DNA from: Malacoraja senta | Lineage: Eukaryota | Length of the DNA stretch: 64,000 bases | Direction: 5' to 3' | NCBI GenBank assembly: GCA_038087875.1 | Contig: CM075998.1 | Coordinates: 6,450,001 to 6,514,000, forward strand | In this document: positions 25,054-37,764 of the stretch, one piece after another | Numbering within the stretch: position 1 is the first letter of the stretch | Layout: each line of letters opens with the position of its first letter | Notes under the pieces: generated by a model | Databases searched by the model: none | What the model was told of the DNA's origin: nothing | The model's input: only the letters and a program-made list of their open reading frames with translations | Translations under genes and position numbers: made by a program

Positions 25054-25457
25054 CTGTCCTGGGCCTCCTCCATTGTGAGAGAGAGGACAAATGCAAATTG
25101 TAGGAACAACACCTCATATTTCACTTGAGCAGCTTAGACCCCAGCAGTATGAATATTGACTTCTCTAATTTCAAGTAACCCTTGCAACCCCCCCTCTCTC
25201 TCTCCGTTCCTCCCCCACCCTAGTCGTAGTACTAGTTTCACTGTTGACCTGTTCAGTTTCATTGTCTGTATAGCTCATTATCACCTATCCCATAGCCTGT
25301 GGGACCATTGTGGCTCCACCTTTCCTTTACCATCGTTATCTTTTTTGCAATCTTTCATTCATTTGTTCTATACCTCGCTACATCACTGTCTATATCTCTC
25401 GCTTCCCTGTCCCCCGATTCTCAGTCTGAAGGGTCTCGACCCGAAATGTCACCCATT

Positions 25458-26157
25458 TTGAGGGAGTGCAGCATAGGTTCACGAGGTTAATTTCCGCGAT
25501 GGCGTGACTGTCATATGATGAAAGAATGGAGCAACTGGGCTTGTATTCACTGGAATTTAGAAGGATGAGAAGGCATCCCATAGAAACATATACAATTATT
25601 AAGGTACACAAAAAAATGCTGGAGAAACTCAGCGGGTGCAGCAGCATCTATGGAGCGAAGGAAATAGGTAACGTTTGAAGAAGGGTTTCGGCCCGAAACG
25701 TTACCTATTTCCTTCGCTCCATAGATGCTGCTGCACCCGCTGAGTTTCTCCAGCATTTTTTTGTGTACCTTCGATTTTCCAGCATCTGCAGTTCCTTCTT
25801 TTACAATTATTAAGGGTTTGAACACGCTAGATGCAGGAAACATGTCCCCGATGTTGGGGGAGTCCAGAACCAGGGGGCAGTTTAAGAATAAGGGGTAGGC
25901 CATTTAGAACTGAGATGAGGACAAACTTTTTCACATAGAGTGTTGTGAATCTGTGGAATTCTCTGCCTCAGAAGGCAGTGGAGGCCGATTCACTGGATGC
26001 ATTCAAAAGAGAGTTAGATAGAGCTCTTAGGGCTAGTGGAATCAAGGGGAGAAGGCAGGAACGGGGTACTGATTGTGGATGATCAGCCATGATCACATTG
26101 AATGGTGGTGCTGGCTCAAAGGGCTGAATGGCCTAATCCTGCACCTATTGTCTATGT
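25458..26157 (+). mobile_element. CR1 3' fragment inserted in a Penelope pLTR
   Basis: CR1 C-terminal coding remnant, 3' hairpin and tail; itself interrupted at 25605-25801. Confidence 0.85.
25605..25801 (+). mobile_element. Penelope pLTR mini-insertion with an inverted 5' copy
   Basis: Perfect inverted arms 25601-25676 and 25696-25771; 14-bp TSD TACAATTATTAAGG at 25591-25604 and 25802-25815. Confidence 0.88.
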
Positions 26158-26639
26158 ATTCCTTCTCTCCAGAGATGCTGCCTGTCCCGCTGAGTTACTC
26201 CAGCATTTTGTGTCTATCTTCGGTTTAAACCAGCATCTGCAATTCCTTCCTACAAACACTGGAATTCCCTCCCCCCTCTCCCTCATCCTTCTGGATGCTC
26301 CTGGGGTCAAGGAAAGAGCGTTCACGTCACCGCCCTGTTTTCACCAATCTTTCCACTACCATGCATAAGAAGTGCAAGACAGACACCATTGTATGCAGAT
26401 GCCGAGAAGTGTGTTCAGGTCTGGCTGAACAACTTCTAATTGTGTGTGTGTGGACTCCATAAGAAGAAGATGCTTCTTCTATTCTTCAACTGGCCCTCTT
26501 CTTTCCTGGATCAATGCTGATTTGCTTGGTAATTACCCCTCCAAAGCACTTTGCGAGGATTTATCACATTGAAGGCTCCATGTCAATACGTTGTTGTTGG
26601 AACATTTCGCGTTTGAGGTGATAACATTGACTCTCCACC

Positions 26640-26910
26640 CAAACCATGAAAGTTGTGACGTAGCAAGAGGTGGGTGCTGACGCCGAGGTCCCGCCCCTTC
26701 GCGCCAAGTCCCGCTCCCGCCGCCGTGCTCTATTGGTCCATCACGCCGTCTCTGTGTGGCTGAAGCCCATGTCAATCAAAGGCTGCTCGCCGAGTTTCCG
26801 CTTCCCTGTGAAGTTTGTTCCGCTCGAGGTGCGTCATATAGTTACTGGGGTTAGAGAGGGAATCTTTGCCGGCAGCTTAAAGGGAATTTACACAGAAAGC
26901 CCAGGTAGGG
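26640..26910 (+). promoter_or_regulatory. CpG-rich Pol II promoter and probable non-coding first exon (likely of spryd3)
   Basis: Non-repetitive CpG-rich patch with TGACG half-CREs (26656, 26678), GC box CCCGCCCC (26690-26697), inverted CCAAT (26732-26736), PBX/PREP-type TGTCAATCA (26770-26778) and ETS-like TTCCGCTTCC (26796-26805). Candidate donors GAG|GTGCGT (26829) and CAG|GTAGGG (26905). Confidence 0.65.
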
Positions 26911-27769
26911 TGTGTGTTGTCTGAATGGGGAGCCTGTGCGTGACGAGCCGCTTCACGTTTGTAGTGAGGGCCATTGGATAATGTGCACGGGCGGGTGGGG
27001 AAGAACTTCAAAGTGGAAAAGCATGGCATGGCAGCGACGATTAATGGCGTGCTGCACTTAGTTCATTGCAACCACTTTGGAACTTGTGACAGGCCGTGGT
27101 GAAGCAGAAGAACTGTTCTCCCGTTAGGAGCAGAGTATTGCCGCGCCTGATTAAAATGAGGAATGACGCTGTCCAAGAAAGTACTTAACCCTTACCCCAG
27201 AACCTAATGGTTGCATCAAACTTGACAGTCCCTTCTTGCACTCATTTTACACACATTAAGCGTTTCCAGGTCACTTACAGTACCGCAGTTAGACGCAATA
27301 TGAACTGATCTGTATCTGCGGGTCTTATACCCACCAAGGGCTCATTCAGCTCTTCGTTGAATTCCCTCCTCCCCAGGACTGTATCCTGATGTGGCTTCTC
27401 TGACTTTGAGACAGCTGGATCAATAAAGTATTGCACCAGTTGCTGCTGACGTATCAGTTTTGTTCATAGATTTATATTTTAAGGTAATTGATTTGAGCCT
27501 GAAAGTGCCTGTGGCAGTCACACTAATAATGGCTAGTCAGCTTCTGTATAGATTGAACGAAGGTATTTATAGCTTGAATTAATTTGTGGCACACTTGTCA
27601 TGAGTCAAGGTTAAGTTGAGGCCCTACTTATTATAATTTGGCACTCAGTCCTGATGAACCGTTGCATTGTTGGAGATGTAATAGTTGAAACAATGTGTTA
27701 ACATTGTCCTGCTCCAATTATATTGAGCCCTGCTAAGAAACACAGAAATATTATGTAAAGATCAGCCGC

Positions 27770-28205
27770 CCTACTTTAGGATAAACTTATGATGGATAGA
27801 GTGCAACAGTGGTTCATCAGGTTGATTCCCAGTGTGAAGAAACAGCTGCTCTTCTATAAGCATATACATTTTTCCAGAGTTCACAGAGGAGATGCAGGGA
27901 TGATATTTCCTTGCGCTGGGAGGTCCACGAGCCTTGGATCACAATCTCAGAATAAGACAGCAGCTATGCAGGACAGAGATGAGGCGAAATGTCTTCACCC
28001 AGAAGGTGGTGAATTGTTGGAATTCTCCACCTGTGGGATGAGGAACCTCAGTCACTGAGTGTATTCAACATAGGGGTTCATTGATTTTTGGATATTAAAG
28101 GAATCGAGGGAGATGGGATCAACACAAGAAAGTTGCGTTGGGGCAACAAGATCAGCTGAATGATGGAGCCAGCATGAAGGGCTGAATAGCCTACTTCTAT
28201 TTGTC
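27770..28205 (+). mobile_element. Old degenerate CR1 3' fragment
   Basis: Residual VQQWFIRLIP and CCCAGAAGGTGGTGAAT, plus a 3' hairpin remnant GAAGGGCTGAATAGCCTACTTCT. Confidence 0.7.
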
Positions 28206-29559
28206 ATGTTTTTAAACTGGATTGCAGTGTATCTGTTCCAGTGGTTTAGAGATGTTTGTAATCCCATGGTATTGACGCATAGAACAGGGAGATCTTGCCT
28301 GACATTCAAGCTTGGCCAACCTCATTCATTTACCCTGTGTAAATTAGCTGCCAGATTTGAATGGATCTATTGATTGTTTAGTATTTTGAGACACCCAAAG
28401 GATGTGTGAAGGTAGCTTTAGGGTTATTCTTGGCACATTTACCAAGGTCCATGAAAAGCCAATCAGATTACCGAACACTATACACAAATACAATCAAGTT
28501 AAACTTAAGTACAATAGGTAGAGCAAAGGGGTAGATACAGAATATAATTCTCAGCATTGTAAAGACAGAAAAGAGATTTAAAAGAGTAAAGCGATTAATT
28601 TGGATGGTAGTCGATCTTCCTCCAGGAAGAGCATGCAAAGAGTTGCCACACTCCAGCGCTATCTTGACTCAAGTGGTAAATGCAAGGTCTTTAGATTAAG
28701 AATAAAATAATAGTAGTAAACACTGATCCCTTAATATATGTTGTTCAGAAAACTTAGTGTAATGGCACCATGACTTTTAGTCATTAGTTTTCAAGTGTGT
28801 TGAACAACTCTTCAAGTTTATCGTGCTGGAATCTCCTCAAGCAGCACTGGTCACTGGTGTTATATTTGTTTGGTCAAGTAGAAAAAAAGCCCTTCATTCC
28901 CTGGCACTGGCTAGGGAATTTATCTCTTGTGTGGTTCGTACATATGGTGACAAGTGTAGGGATTATATGATGTGTATGGTCTTCCTCATGGTTGGAGAAC
29001 TCCAATGTGATCAGTTGTCAGAAAGTTTCTGAGATGAAGACTTTCCACAGTTAGATTTTTCAATGTGTGAATTGTTGAAATAATAAGACAATTGGGCTTC
29101 TTGGACATTTTGATTTGAGCCGTATTTACCTCATCAAAAGTGTTATAAATTAGATTGCCTCAGCAGAGAGAGAGGTTGCTTGACTTTTCTTTCTGTTTTT
29201 GTTTGCTTATCTAACATTATGACCTGGAATTAAGGATTGTGTTTTCAAAAATGTATTAAGAAATGGTACAGGCTTTATTTTCCTATATTTTTTAAGCAGA
29301 CAGGCCAGTTTTATAAAAGTTTAATGTATTTGTTTGCTGTGTTCTTAGTGTTTGGTGTGCCTTTTTAATTAATTCTATTCCTTGGTATTTAAAAAAAAAA
29401 AGATTTATTGGGATGAAATGTAAACAAAAAAGATATGCACTTTTTATGTTCTCTGAATACTTAATGGCATTATGGCAAATGAAATATTTGTGAAGTGTAA
29501 ATCACATTGCTTCTATGTAGGAAGTACCCATTAACAGCAACATGATAATGACCAGATCA

Positions 29560-30150
29560 CCATATACGTTTGGAGTGCAGTTCTGGTTGTCCATTACAGG
29601 AAGGATGTGGAGGCTTTGGGGATGGTGCAGAGGAGGTTTACCAGGATGCTGCCTGGATTAAAGGGTGTTAGCGATAAGAAGAGGTTAGATAAACCTGGAT
29701 TGCTTTCTCTGGCGATCCAGAGGCTGGGGGAGATCTGATAGAATTTTATAAAATTGAGAGGCATTAATAGGATAGACAGAACTTTTTTTTCCAGGCTGGA
29801 AAAGTGAAAGGCGTTTGGGCGAGAAGGGGAAGTTTAAAACAGATCTGCTGAGCAAGTTTTTTTTACACGGAATGGTAGGTACCTGGAAAGCATTGCTAGG
29901 GGCGGAAGTAGTGGAGGCAGATACAATTGTGGTGTTTCTGAGGCTTTTAGATAGGGACATGGAAGTGCTAGGAATAGAGGGGTATGGAGCATGTACAGGC
30001 AGATCAAATCAGCTTAACTTGGCATTACGTTCCGCACATGAATATGGAGGGATGGATGGAAATGGAACACACGCAGGCAGAAGGGATTAGTTTAATTTGG
30101 CATCATGTACAGCACACATCGTAGTCTGAGGGGCCTGTCTGTGCTGTTTT
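29560..30150 (+). mobile_element. Old degenerate CR1 3' fragment
   Basis: GTGCAGTTCTGG...AGGAAGGATGTGGAGGC...AGGTTTACCAGGATGCTGCCTGG matches the CR1 ORF2 C-terminus. Confidence 0.75.
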
Positions 30151-33001
30151 GTATACAAAGATAAAGGGAGCAGAGCAGACTACAGCAACTGCATAGGAAT
30201 GTCTGCCTAGTATTGTCAGCATGGTGTTTGCAAAGGTTCTACTGAAAATCCTTTTTTGGGGCTGAAAAGGTCTTCCCTGATAGCAAGTGTGGCATGAGGG
30301 CTAAATATTCTACAAGTGATATGGCCCTCGCATTCTCAAAATAAGAACCAGGCAACAAAGTACAGGCATCCCTGCACGTAGCATTTGCTAGTTGACCTAC
30401 TTTTGACATGGTTAGCAGGAATTACATCTACGAGAAGTCAAGGACAGTATAAAACTAAAAGAGAAGGCATATAACATTGCAAAGATTAATGGGAAGCCAG
30501 AGGATTGGGAAGCTTTTAAAGAACCACAGAAGGTAACTAAAAAGGCAATAGGGGGAGAAAAGATGAAATACGAAGGTATGCTAGCTAATAATATAAAAGA
30601 GAATAACAAGAGTTATATAAAGAGTAAGACAGAGGGAAGAGTGGATGTTGGACTGCATGAAAAGAATGCAGGAGAAATGATGATGGGGAACAAAGAAATA
30701 ACAGAGGAATTTAATAACTTTTTTGTATCGGTCTTCCCCGTTGAAGACACCAGCAACGTGCCTGAAATTCAAGAGAGTTAGGGGGTGGAAGTTCGTGGAG
30801 TGGCCATTACTAGGGAGAAGGTGCTTGGGAAGCTGAAAGGGCTGAAGGTGGATAAGTCACCTGGACTGGATGGACTACACCCTAGGGTTCTGAAAGAGGT
30901 GGATTTAGAGATTGTGGAGGCATTGATAGTGACATTTCAAGAAACACTATAGAGTCTGGAGTGGTTCCAGATAATTGGAAAATTGCCAATATTACTCCGC
31001 TGCACAAGAAGGGAGCAAAGCAGAATAGTGGGAACTATAGGCTGGTTAGTCTGACTTTGGTGGTTGGTAAGATTTTAGAGTCCACTGTAAAGGATGAGGT
31101 TACTGAGTACTTAGAAGTTCACGATAGAAGATTATTCCAAATTACAAAACAGGAACATTTTGAGTTTGGTGACAAACCACATAAGCTGTTAGCGCGCCAA
31201 CTGAAAAAAACAAGAAAAAGAAAATACTATAAATAAAATTAAATCCGAGAATGGTGAATTACTAATACTACCTAAAGATATTAATAAAAGATTTGCTCAA
31301 TTTTATCAAAATTTATATACATCAAAAACTAAAACAGAAGATAGTAAAATTTAAAATTTTTTAGATAATTGTAATCTTCCAAAACTTGACCTTTTGGAAC
31401 AAGAGGAACTCGGAGCGCAAATTACAATCGAAGAAATAGGTGAAACAATAAAATTGTTGAAAAATGGTAATGAATTTTATAAAAAAATGTCATGAGATAA
31501 CGACTCCCTATTTATTTAATTTATATAACTCATGCTTTTAAAGAAAATAAATTACCTGAAACATTAGCAGAAACAACTATCACGCTTATTCCAAAGAAAG
31601 ATAAAGATCTAGAGGAACCGGGGTCATATAGAGCTATATCACTTTTAAATACAGATCAGAAAATTTTAACAAAGACTTTAGCCAGAAGATTAAGCAAATA
31701 TATTAGTAAATTGATAAACCCTGATCAAACGGGGTTTATACCCAAAAGATATTCATTTAATAATTTGAGACGCCTGTTTAATATAATGTATTCACATAAA
31801 GTGGAGGGAGAAGACATATCAATTATTTCTTTGGACGCAGAGAAAGCATTTGATCAGGTAGAATGGCAGTATTTATACAAAGTATTACAAAAATTTAATA
31901 TGGGAGAGAATTTTATTTATTACATGGGTGAAATTATTATATAATAAACCGATGGCAAGAATATTAACTAATAGTATGTTATCTAAAAAATTTCAATTAT
32001 CAAGGGGTAATAGGCAGGGATGTGCTTTATCACACCTGCTATTTGCCCTTATGATAGAACCTTTGGCTGAAAGTATAAGAAGTCATCCAAATATTCAGGG
32101 TTATAATACTAGGGACTCAAATAATAACATTTCATTATATGCAGACGATATTCTGTTATATATAACAAACTCACAAATGAGCATACCAAATTTATTAAAC
32201 TTAATAGAGGAATTTTGGTCCTTTTCTGGATATAGAATAAATTGGAACAAAAGTGAAATCATGACGTTAAAACCTCAAGAATCCACACACTTACTGAAGT
32301 TCCCCTTTAAAATAGCAACAGAAAAATTTAAATATCTGGGTATTCAGATTACTAAAAAACATAAAGCTTTATTCAATGCCAATTTTATACCTTTAATAAA
32401 TAAACTTAATATAATGATTAAATTTTGGAAAACACTTCCTTTATCATTAATAGGTAGAATAAACGCTATAAAAATGATCTTTCTACCACAGTTATTATAC
32501 CTATTTCAGTCTATACCAGTATATGTACCAAAATATTTTTTTTCTAAATTAAACTCTAATATTACTAATTTTGTTTGGGACTATAAATCACATAGAATTA
32601 AAAAAGAACACTTATGTAAACCAAAAGATGTCGGGGGACTTTTTTTGTATTACTATTGGGCAATACATAGAAACATAGAAACATAGAAAGTAGGTGCGAG
32701 AGCAGACCACCAGGTCCATCGAGCCCGCACCGCCATTCGCTCATGGCTGAACACCAAACAAACACCCCTACCCACAAACAGTAGACACAAGACACAGAAC
32801 ACAAGACACTACCCTCCCCTTTATACCGCTATCACCCCTCTCCACCCCAAGAACCGCGTGATCTCCTGGGGGAGGCAAAAAAACGGATAAAAACCCAGGT
32901 CCAATTCGGGAAAAAAAATCCGGGAAATTCCTCTCCGACCCCAATCCAGGCGATCGACACTTGTCCAGGAGATCACTCAGGTCTTACTATACTAACCCTA
33001 C

Positions 33002-35962
33002 CTAGGTCCATATCCCTGCCCTCTCCCCGTAGCCCCTTATCCCCTTGGCAATTAAAAAAACATCTATTTTAGATTTAAATATATTTAATGTTTCTGCTTC
33101 CACTGCTCCCTGGGGCAGTGAATTCCATAAATTAACCACCCTCTGGGTGAAGAAGTTCTTCCTCATCTCAGTTTTAAAAGAGCCCCCCCTTATTCTGCAA
33201 CTATGTCCCCTAGTTCTAGTTTCCCCGATCATTGGGAACATCCTCGGTGCATCCACCCGATCAAGGCCCCTCACGATCTTATATGTTTCAATGAGATCGC
33301 CTCTCATTCTTCTAAACTCCAAAGAGTAGAGTTCCAGCCTACTTAACCTTTCCTCATATGTCAATCCCCTCATTGCAGGAATTAATCTTGTAAACCTTCG
33401 CTGCACTGCCTCCAGGGCCAGTACATCCTTTCTTAAGTATGGACCCCAGAACTGTACACAGTATTCCAAATGTGGTCTCACTAATACTGTGTACAGCTGT
33501 AGCAAGACCTCCGTGTTTTTATACTCAATCCCCCTAGCAATAAAGGCCAAAACTCCATTGGCCTTCCTGATAGCTTGCTGCACCTGCATACTAACTTTTA
33601 GTGATTCATGTACTACTACCCCTAGATCCCTTTGCGTTGCATTACAGCGCAGCTCCTCCTCATTTAGAAAATAACTTGCCCTATCATTTTTTTTCCCAAA
33701 GTGAATGACTTCACATTTATTAGTATTAAATTTCATCTGCCAAGTTGTTGCCCACTCACCTAGCTTATCTATATCCTTTTGCAGACTCTTCCTATCCTCC
33801 TCATCCCCTACTTTTCTTCCCATTTTTGTATCGTCCGCAAATTTTGATATATTACACTTGGTTCCCTCCTCCAAATCATTTATATAAATTGTGAACAACT
33901 GGGGTCCCAGCACCGACCCTTGCGGAACCCCGCTAGTTACCGGTTGCCATCCCGAATATGAACCATTTATCCCCACTCTCTGCTTCCTATTTGTTAGCCA
34001 ATCCTCTACCCATGCTAATATATTACCCCCAATCCCATAATTTTTTATTTTTAGCAATAGTCTCTTATGTGGCACCTTGTCAAAAGCCTTTTGGAAGTCC
34101 AAGTATACCACATCCACCGGTTCCCCTTTATCCACCCGGGTTGTTACTTCCTCAAAGAATTCGAGCAGATTCGTTAAACAGGACTTCCCCTTCACAAAAC
34201 CATGCTGGTTCTGTCCGATGAAGTCATGTCCATCCAAGTGCCCCGTTAGTGTTTCTTTAATAATTGTCTCTAACATTTTACCCACCACCGATGTTAGACT
34301 AACCGGTCTATAGTTACCCGCCTTCTGTTTACTTCCTTTTTTAAATATAGGTGTTACATTGGCCATTTTCCAATCCACTGGGACCGTTCCTGCCTCCAGG
34401 GAGTTTTGGAAAATTATCACCAATGCATCCACAATCCCCACCGCTATCTCCCTCAAGACCCTTGGATGTAATCCATCAGGCCCAGGGGATTTATCCTCCT
34501 TCAGTCTCATTCATTTCCCTAATACCACCTCCTTGGTGATCTTAATAGTATTTAGCTCCTCCATTCCTACCGCCCCCTGTTTATCCAGCGTTGGAATATT
34601 TTTTGTGTCTTCTATGGTGAAGACTGATACAAAATACTCGTTTAATGCCTTTGCCATTTCCATGTTCCCCACCAACAACTCTCCAGTCTCACCCTCCAAT
34701 GGACCAACGTTCACCTTAGCCACCCTTTTTCTTTTTATATAGCTATAAAAACTCTTACTATTAGTTTTTATGTTGTTCGCTAAATTCCTTTCATAGTCTA
34801 TTTTCCCCGTCTTAATTAATCTCTTAGTTATTTTTTGCTGACCTTTAAATGCTTCCCAATCCTCTACCCTCCCACTATCTCTGGCTACCTTATATGCCCT
34901 TGCCTTCAGCCGAATACTATCCTTTATAGTTTTACTGAGCCATGGCTGACTGTTCTTACCCTTACCCCTTTTTTTCTTCATAGGAATAAATTTTTCTTGA
35001 AGGTTATACAGTAGATCCTTAAACGTACACCACTGCTCATGTACCGTCTTATTCTTGAGTCTGCTATCCCAGTCAACTTTGATCAGCTCAGTCCTCATAC
35101 CTTCATAATCCCCCTTATTTAGACTAAGTACCCTAGCCTGAGTTTCAACCTGCTCCCCTTCTATTTGAATATGGAATTCGACCATATTGTGGTCACTTGT
35201 TCCCAACGAGTCCCTAACTATGACATTTTTAATTAATCCTGCTTCATTACACAGGACCAGATCCAAGATTGCCTCCCCCCTTGTCGGTTCTGTGACATAC
35301 TGTTCTAGGAACCCGTCTCTAATACATTCTATAAACTCTTCCTCTAGTTTACCCTGCCCAGTTTGGTTTGCCCAATTAATATGAAAATTGAAGTCCCCCA
35401 TGATTACAGCAGTTCCCTTTTTACATGCGTCAACTATTTGCAGATTTATGTTCTGACTAACAGCGTCACAGCTATTTGGAGGTCTATAAATTACACCCAC
35501 TAGTGTTTTTTTCCCCTTGTTATTCTCTATCTGTACCCAAGCTGTTTCACTTTCCTGATCCTTCAACGCAATATCCTTCCTCTCTATTGCCGTTATTCCC
35601 TCCCTTATTAAAAGGGCCACCCCTCCTCCCTTTCTTTCCTGTCTATTTTTTCTAATTGTCGAGTACCCCTCTATATTTAACTCCCAGTCCTGATCCCCTT
35701 GCAGCCATGTCTCCGTAATGGCCACGATATCATAATTATATATACTTAATTGCACCGTTAATTCATTTATCTTATTTCGAATACTCCGTGCATTTAGATA
35801 CAGCACTTTCAGATGATTTTTACTACCCTTCCTTTCTGTTTTTGCCTCTTTTACATCTAGAGCTTTATCTTCACACATTCTGGATCCTCCTGTCACATTT
35901 TGATTTTCCGTTTCCCCACTGATACCCTGCTCTATTTCCTCTACCCCTGCCGTTATTACCAC
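33002..35962 (-). pseudogene. CR1 copy A ORF2 (APE-RT) with a single in-frame TGA at 34511-34513
   Basis: ORFs 34511..35962 and 33002..34510 abut in the same frame (VLGK*MRLKEDK). Confidence 0.93.
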
Positions 35963-35985
35963 CCTTGATACCTCCCCCCCGCTAC

Positions 35986-36963
35986 TTAGTTTAAAGACCT
36001 CTCTACTGCCCTAGTTATATGATTTGCCAGGACCCCAGTCCCAGCACCGTTCAGGTGAAGTCCGTCCTTACAGAACAGATCCCCCCTGTCCCAGTACTGG
36101 TGCCAGTGGCCCAAGAAACCAAACCCATTTTTCCCACACCAGTCTTTGAGCCACGCATTCAGCTTTTTAATTTTACGTACTCTCGCCGATTTGGCCCGTG
36201 GCTCAGGTAGCAATCCGGAGATCAGTACCCTCGAGGTTCTGCTTTTTAATTTATTCCCTAACTGCTCAAACTCCTTCAGCAGATCCTCCTTCCTCGTCCT
36301 TCCTATGTCATTGGTCCCCACATGGACCACGACCACTGGATCCTCCCCCTCCCTCTGCAAATTTCTCTCCAGCATCGCAGAGATATCCTTAACCCTAGCA
36401 CCGGGTAGGCAACACAGCCTTCGGGACATGTTCTGCTGGCCGCAGAGAACCTTATCTACCCCCCGAATAATACTATCCCCTAACACAACGGCATTTCTTC
36501 TAACTCCCCCCTCTTGAATGTCCCCCTGATCCACGGTGCTGCAGCCAGGTTGCTCATCCCTCCCACAGCCCCTGATCCCGTCCTCACATTGAGTAAGAGC
36601 CTCGGTCATGCTCGTCAGGAACAAGGGCTGTGGCTCCTGCCGCATCTCCTCCTGGTTCCCCCTACCTGCCTCGCTTATGGCCACACCTTCCTTTCCTTGC
36701 TCACTCACTACTGAATTAGTTAAACTGGTCGGTGTGACCATCCCCTGGTACAAAACATCCAGGTAATACTCCCCCTCCCTGATGTACCGCAGCGTATGAA
36801 GTTGGGTCTCCAGCTCCTCAATGCGGAGCTCGAGTTCCGCTAGCCTCAAACACTTACTGCAGCTGTAGGGATCATCTACACCATCTACATCAATGGTGTC
36901 GACATCAATGGTGTCGACAAATTCCCACATCTCACAGTATTGGCACATCTCCTGGCCGCCCAT
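35986..36963 (-). CDS. CR1 ORF1p: zinc-finger/coiled-coil plus SGNH esterase-like domain
   Basis: CQYC...CSKC, heptad repeat, GDS, PGA, HVGTND, DGLHLN. Confidence 0.9.
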   Translation of the reverse strand: MGGQEMCQYCEMWEFVDTIDVDTIDVDGVDDPYSCSKCLRLAELELRIEELETQLHTLRYIREGEYYLDVLYQGMVTPTSLTNSVVSEQGKEGVAISEAGRGNQEEMRQEPQPLFLTSMTEALTQCEDGIRGCGRDEQPGCSTVDQGDIQEGGVRRNAVVLGDSIIRGVDKVLCGQQNMSRRLCCLPGARVKDISAMLERNLQREGEDPVVVVHVGTNDIGRTRKEDLLKEFEQLGNKLKSRTSRVLISGLLPEPRAKSARVRKIKKLNAWLKDWCGKNGFGFLGHWHQYWDRGDLFCKDGLHLNGAGTGVLANHITRAVERSLN

Positions 36964-37764
36964 CTTATATAAGTAAATAACTGGTCCTATTTAAGAATCC
37001 CCTACCCGGATTACTATATTGCTACACCCCTTATTCTCTCCTCCCACTCGGGCTAGAGCCAATCAGTCGTATCTCTTGCTAATCTCCTGCTGCTGTTGCT
37101 CCCAAATCTACAGCAGTTCTGAATCGATACATATTAAGAATATAATTTACTGGTTGGATAGTTCAACCCAACAGACAGAATGGATAAAAATGGAGAAAGA
37201 GGATTGTTACCCTTGTAATATAGGAACGATCCTCTTCTCCCCGAAAAAAACGAACAATACAATATATAAGAAGAACCCAATTATACAAGATACAATAAGA
37301 ATATGGAAACAAATAAACTTTTCCTTAAAATTAAGAAACCTATCATTGTTAACACCGATAGCGAATAATCCTTTATTTAAACCATCTCTTATGGACAAAA
37401 TATATAATCAATGGGAAAGTTTAGGAATTAAAAGGATCGGGGACATGTATGAAATGGGAGATTTACTATCATTTCAACAATTACAATTAAAATTGAAATT
37501 GAAAAACAATCATTATTTTAAATATTTTCAGATTTGCAATTTCTTGAAGACATACATACAAGGATATCAAAAAATAATTCCTGATTTATTGGAAGAAGTA
37601 ATGAATATTAAAGCTGATACACAAAAATTAATATATAACCATATAACCATATAACCATAACAGCACGGAAACAGGCCATCTCGGCCCTTCAAGTCCGTGC
37701 CGAACATTTAATTTTTTTTTTTAATTATTATTATTTTTTTTAATTAAAAATAAAATACTTCCCC

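Larger units (their letters stand above)
22795..26253 (+). mobile_element. Penelope-like element 3' remnant (GIY-YIG C-terminus, 3' UTR, pLTR) split by two CR1 insertions
   Basis: EHLCSVR..PDLPVAKHFNSPSHS at 22800-22877 continues SVLGLLHC... at 25053. The pLTR runs 25420-25457 and resumes at 26158. Confidence 0.8.
32670..37126 (-). mobile_element. Full-length CR1 (copy A)
   Basis: 5' UTR, ORF1, ORF2, extended 3' UTR and (ATAGAAAC)n tail; TSD ATACATA at 32663-32669 and 37127-37133. Confidence 0.95.

Noticed and set aside
25425..25457. Functional hammerhead in the pLTR at 25425
   Set aside because: The core reads CTGAAGGG, having lost part of CTGAAGAAGGG, so the catalytic consensus is broken.
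26462..26480. Short palindrome AGAAGAAG-ATG-CTTCTTCT as a terminator or regulatory hairpin
   Set aside because: Low-complexity 8-bp arms are expected by chance, and there is no supporting context.
26670..26924. 84-aa ORF as coding exon 1 of spryd3
   Set aside because: Its ATG lies among promoter motifs, gives phase 0 at the 26829 donor whereas the downstream exon needs phase 2, and the peptide does not resemble SPRYD3.
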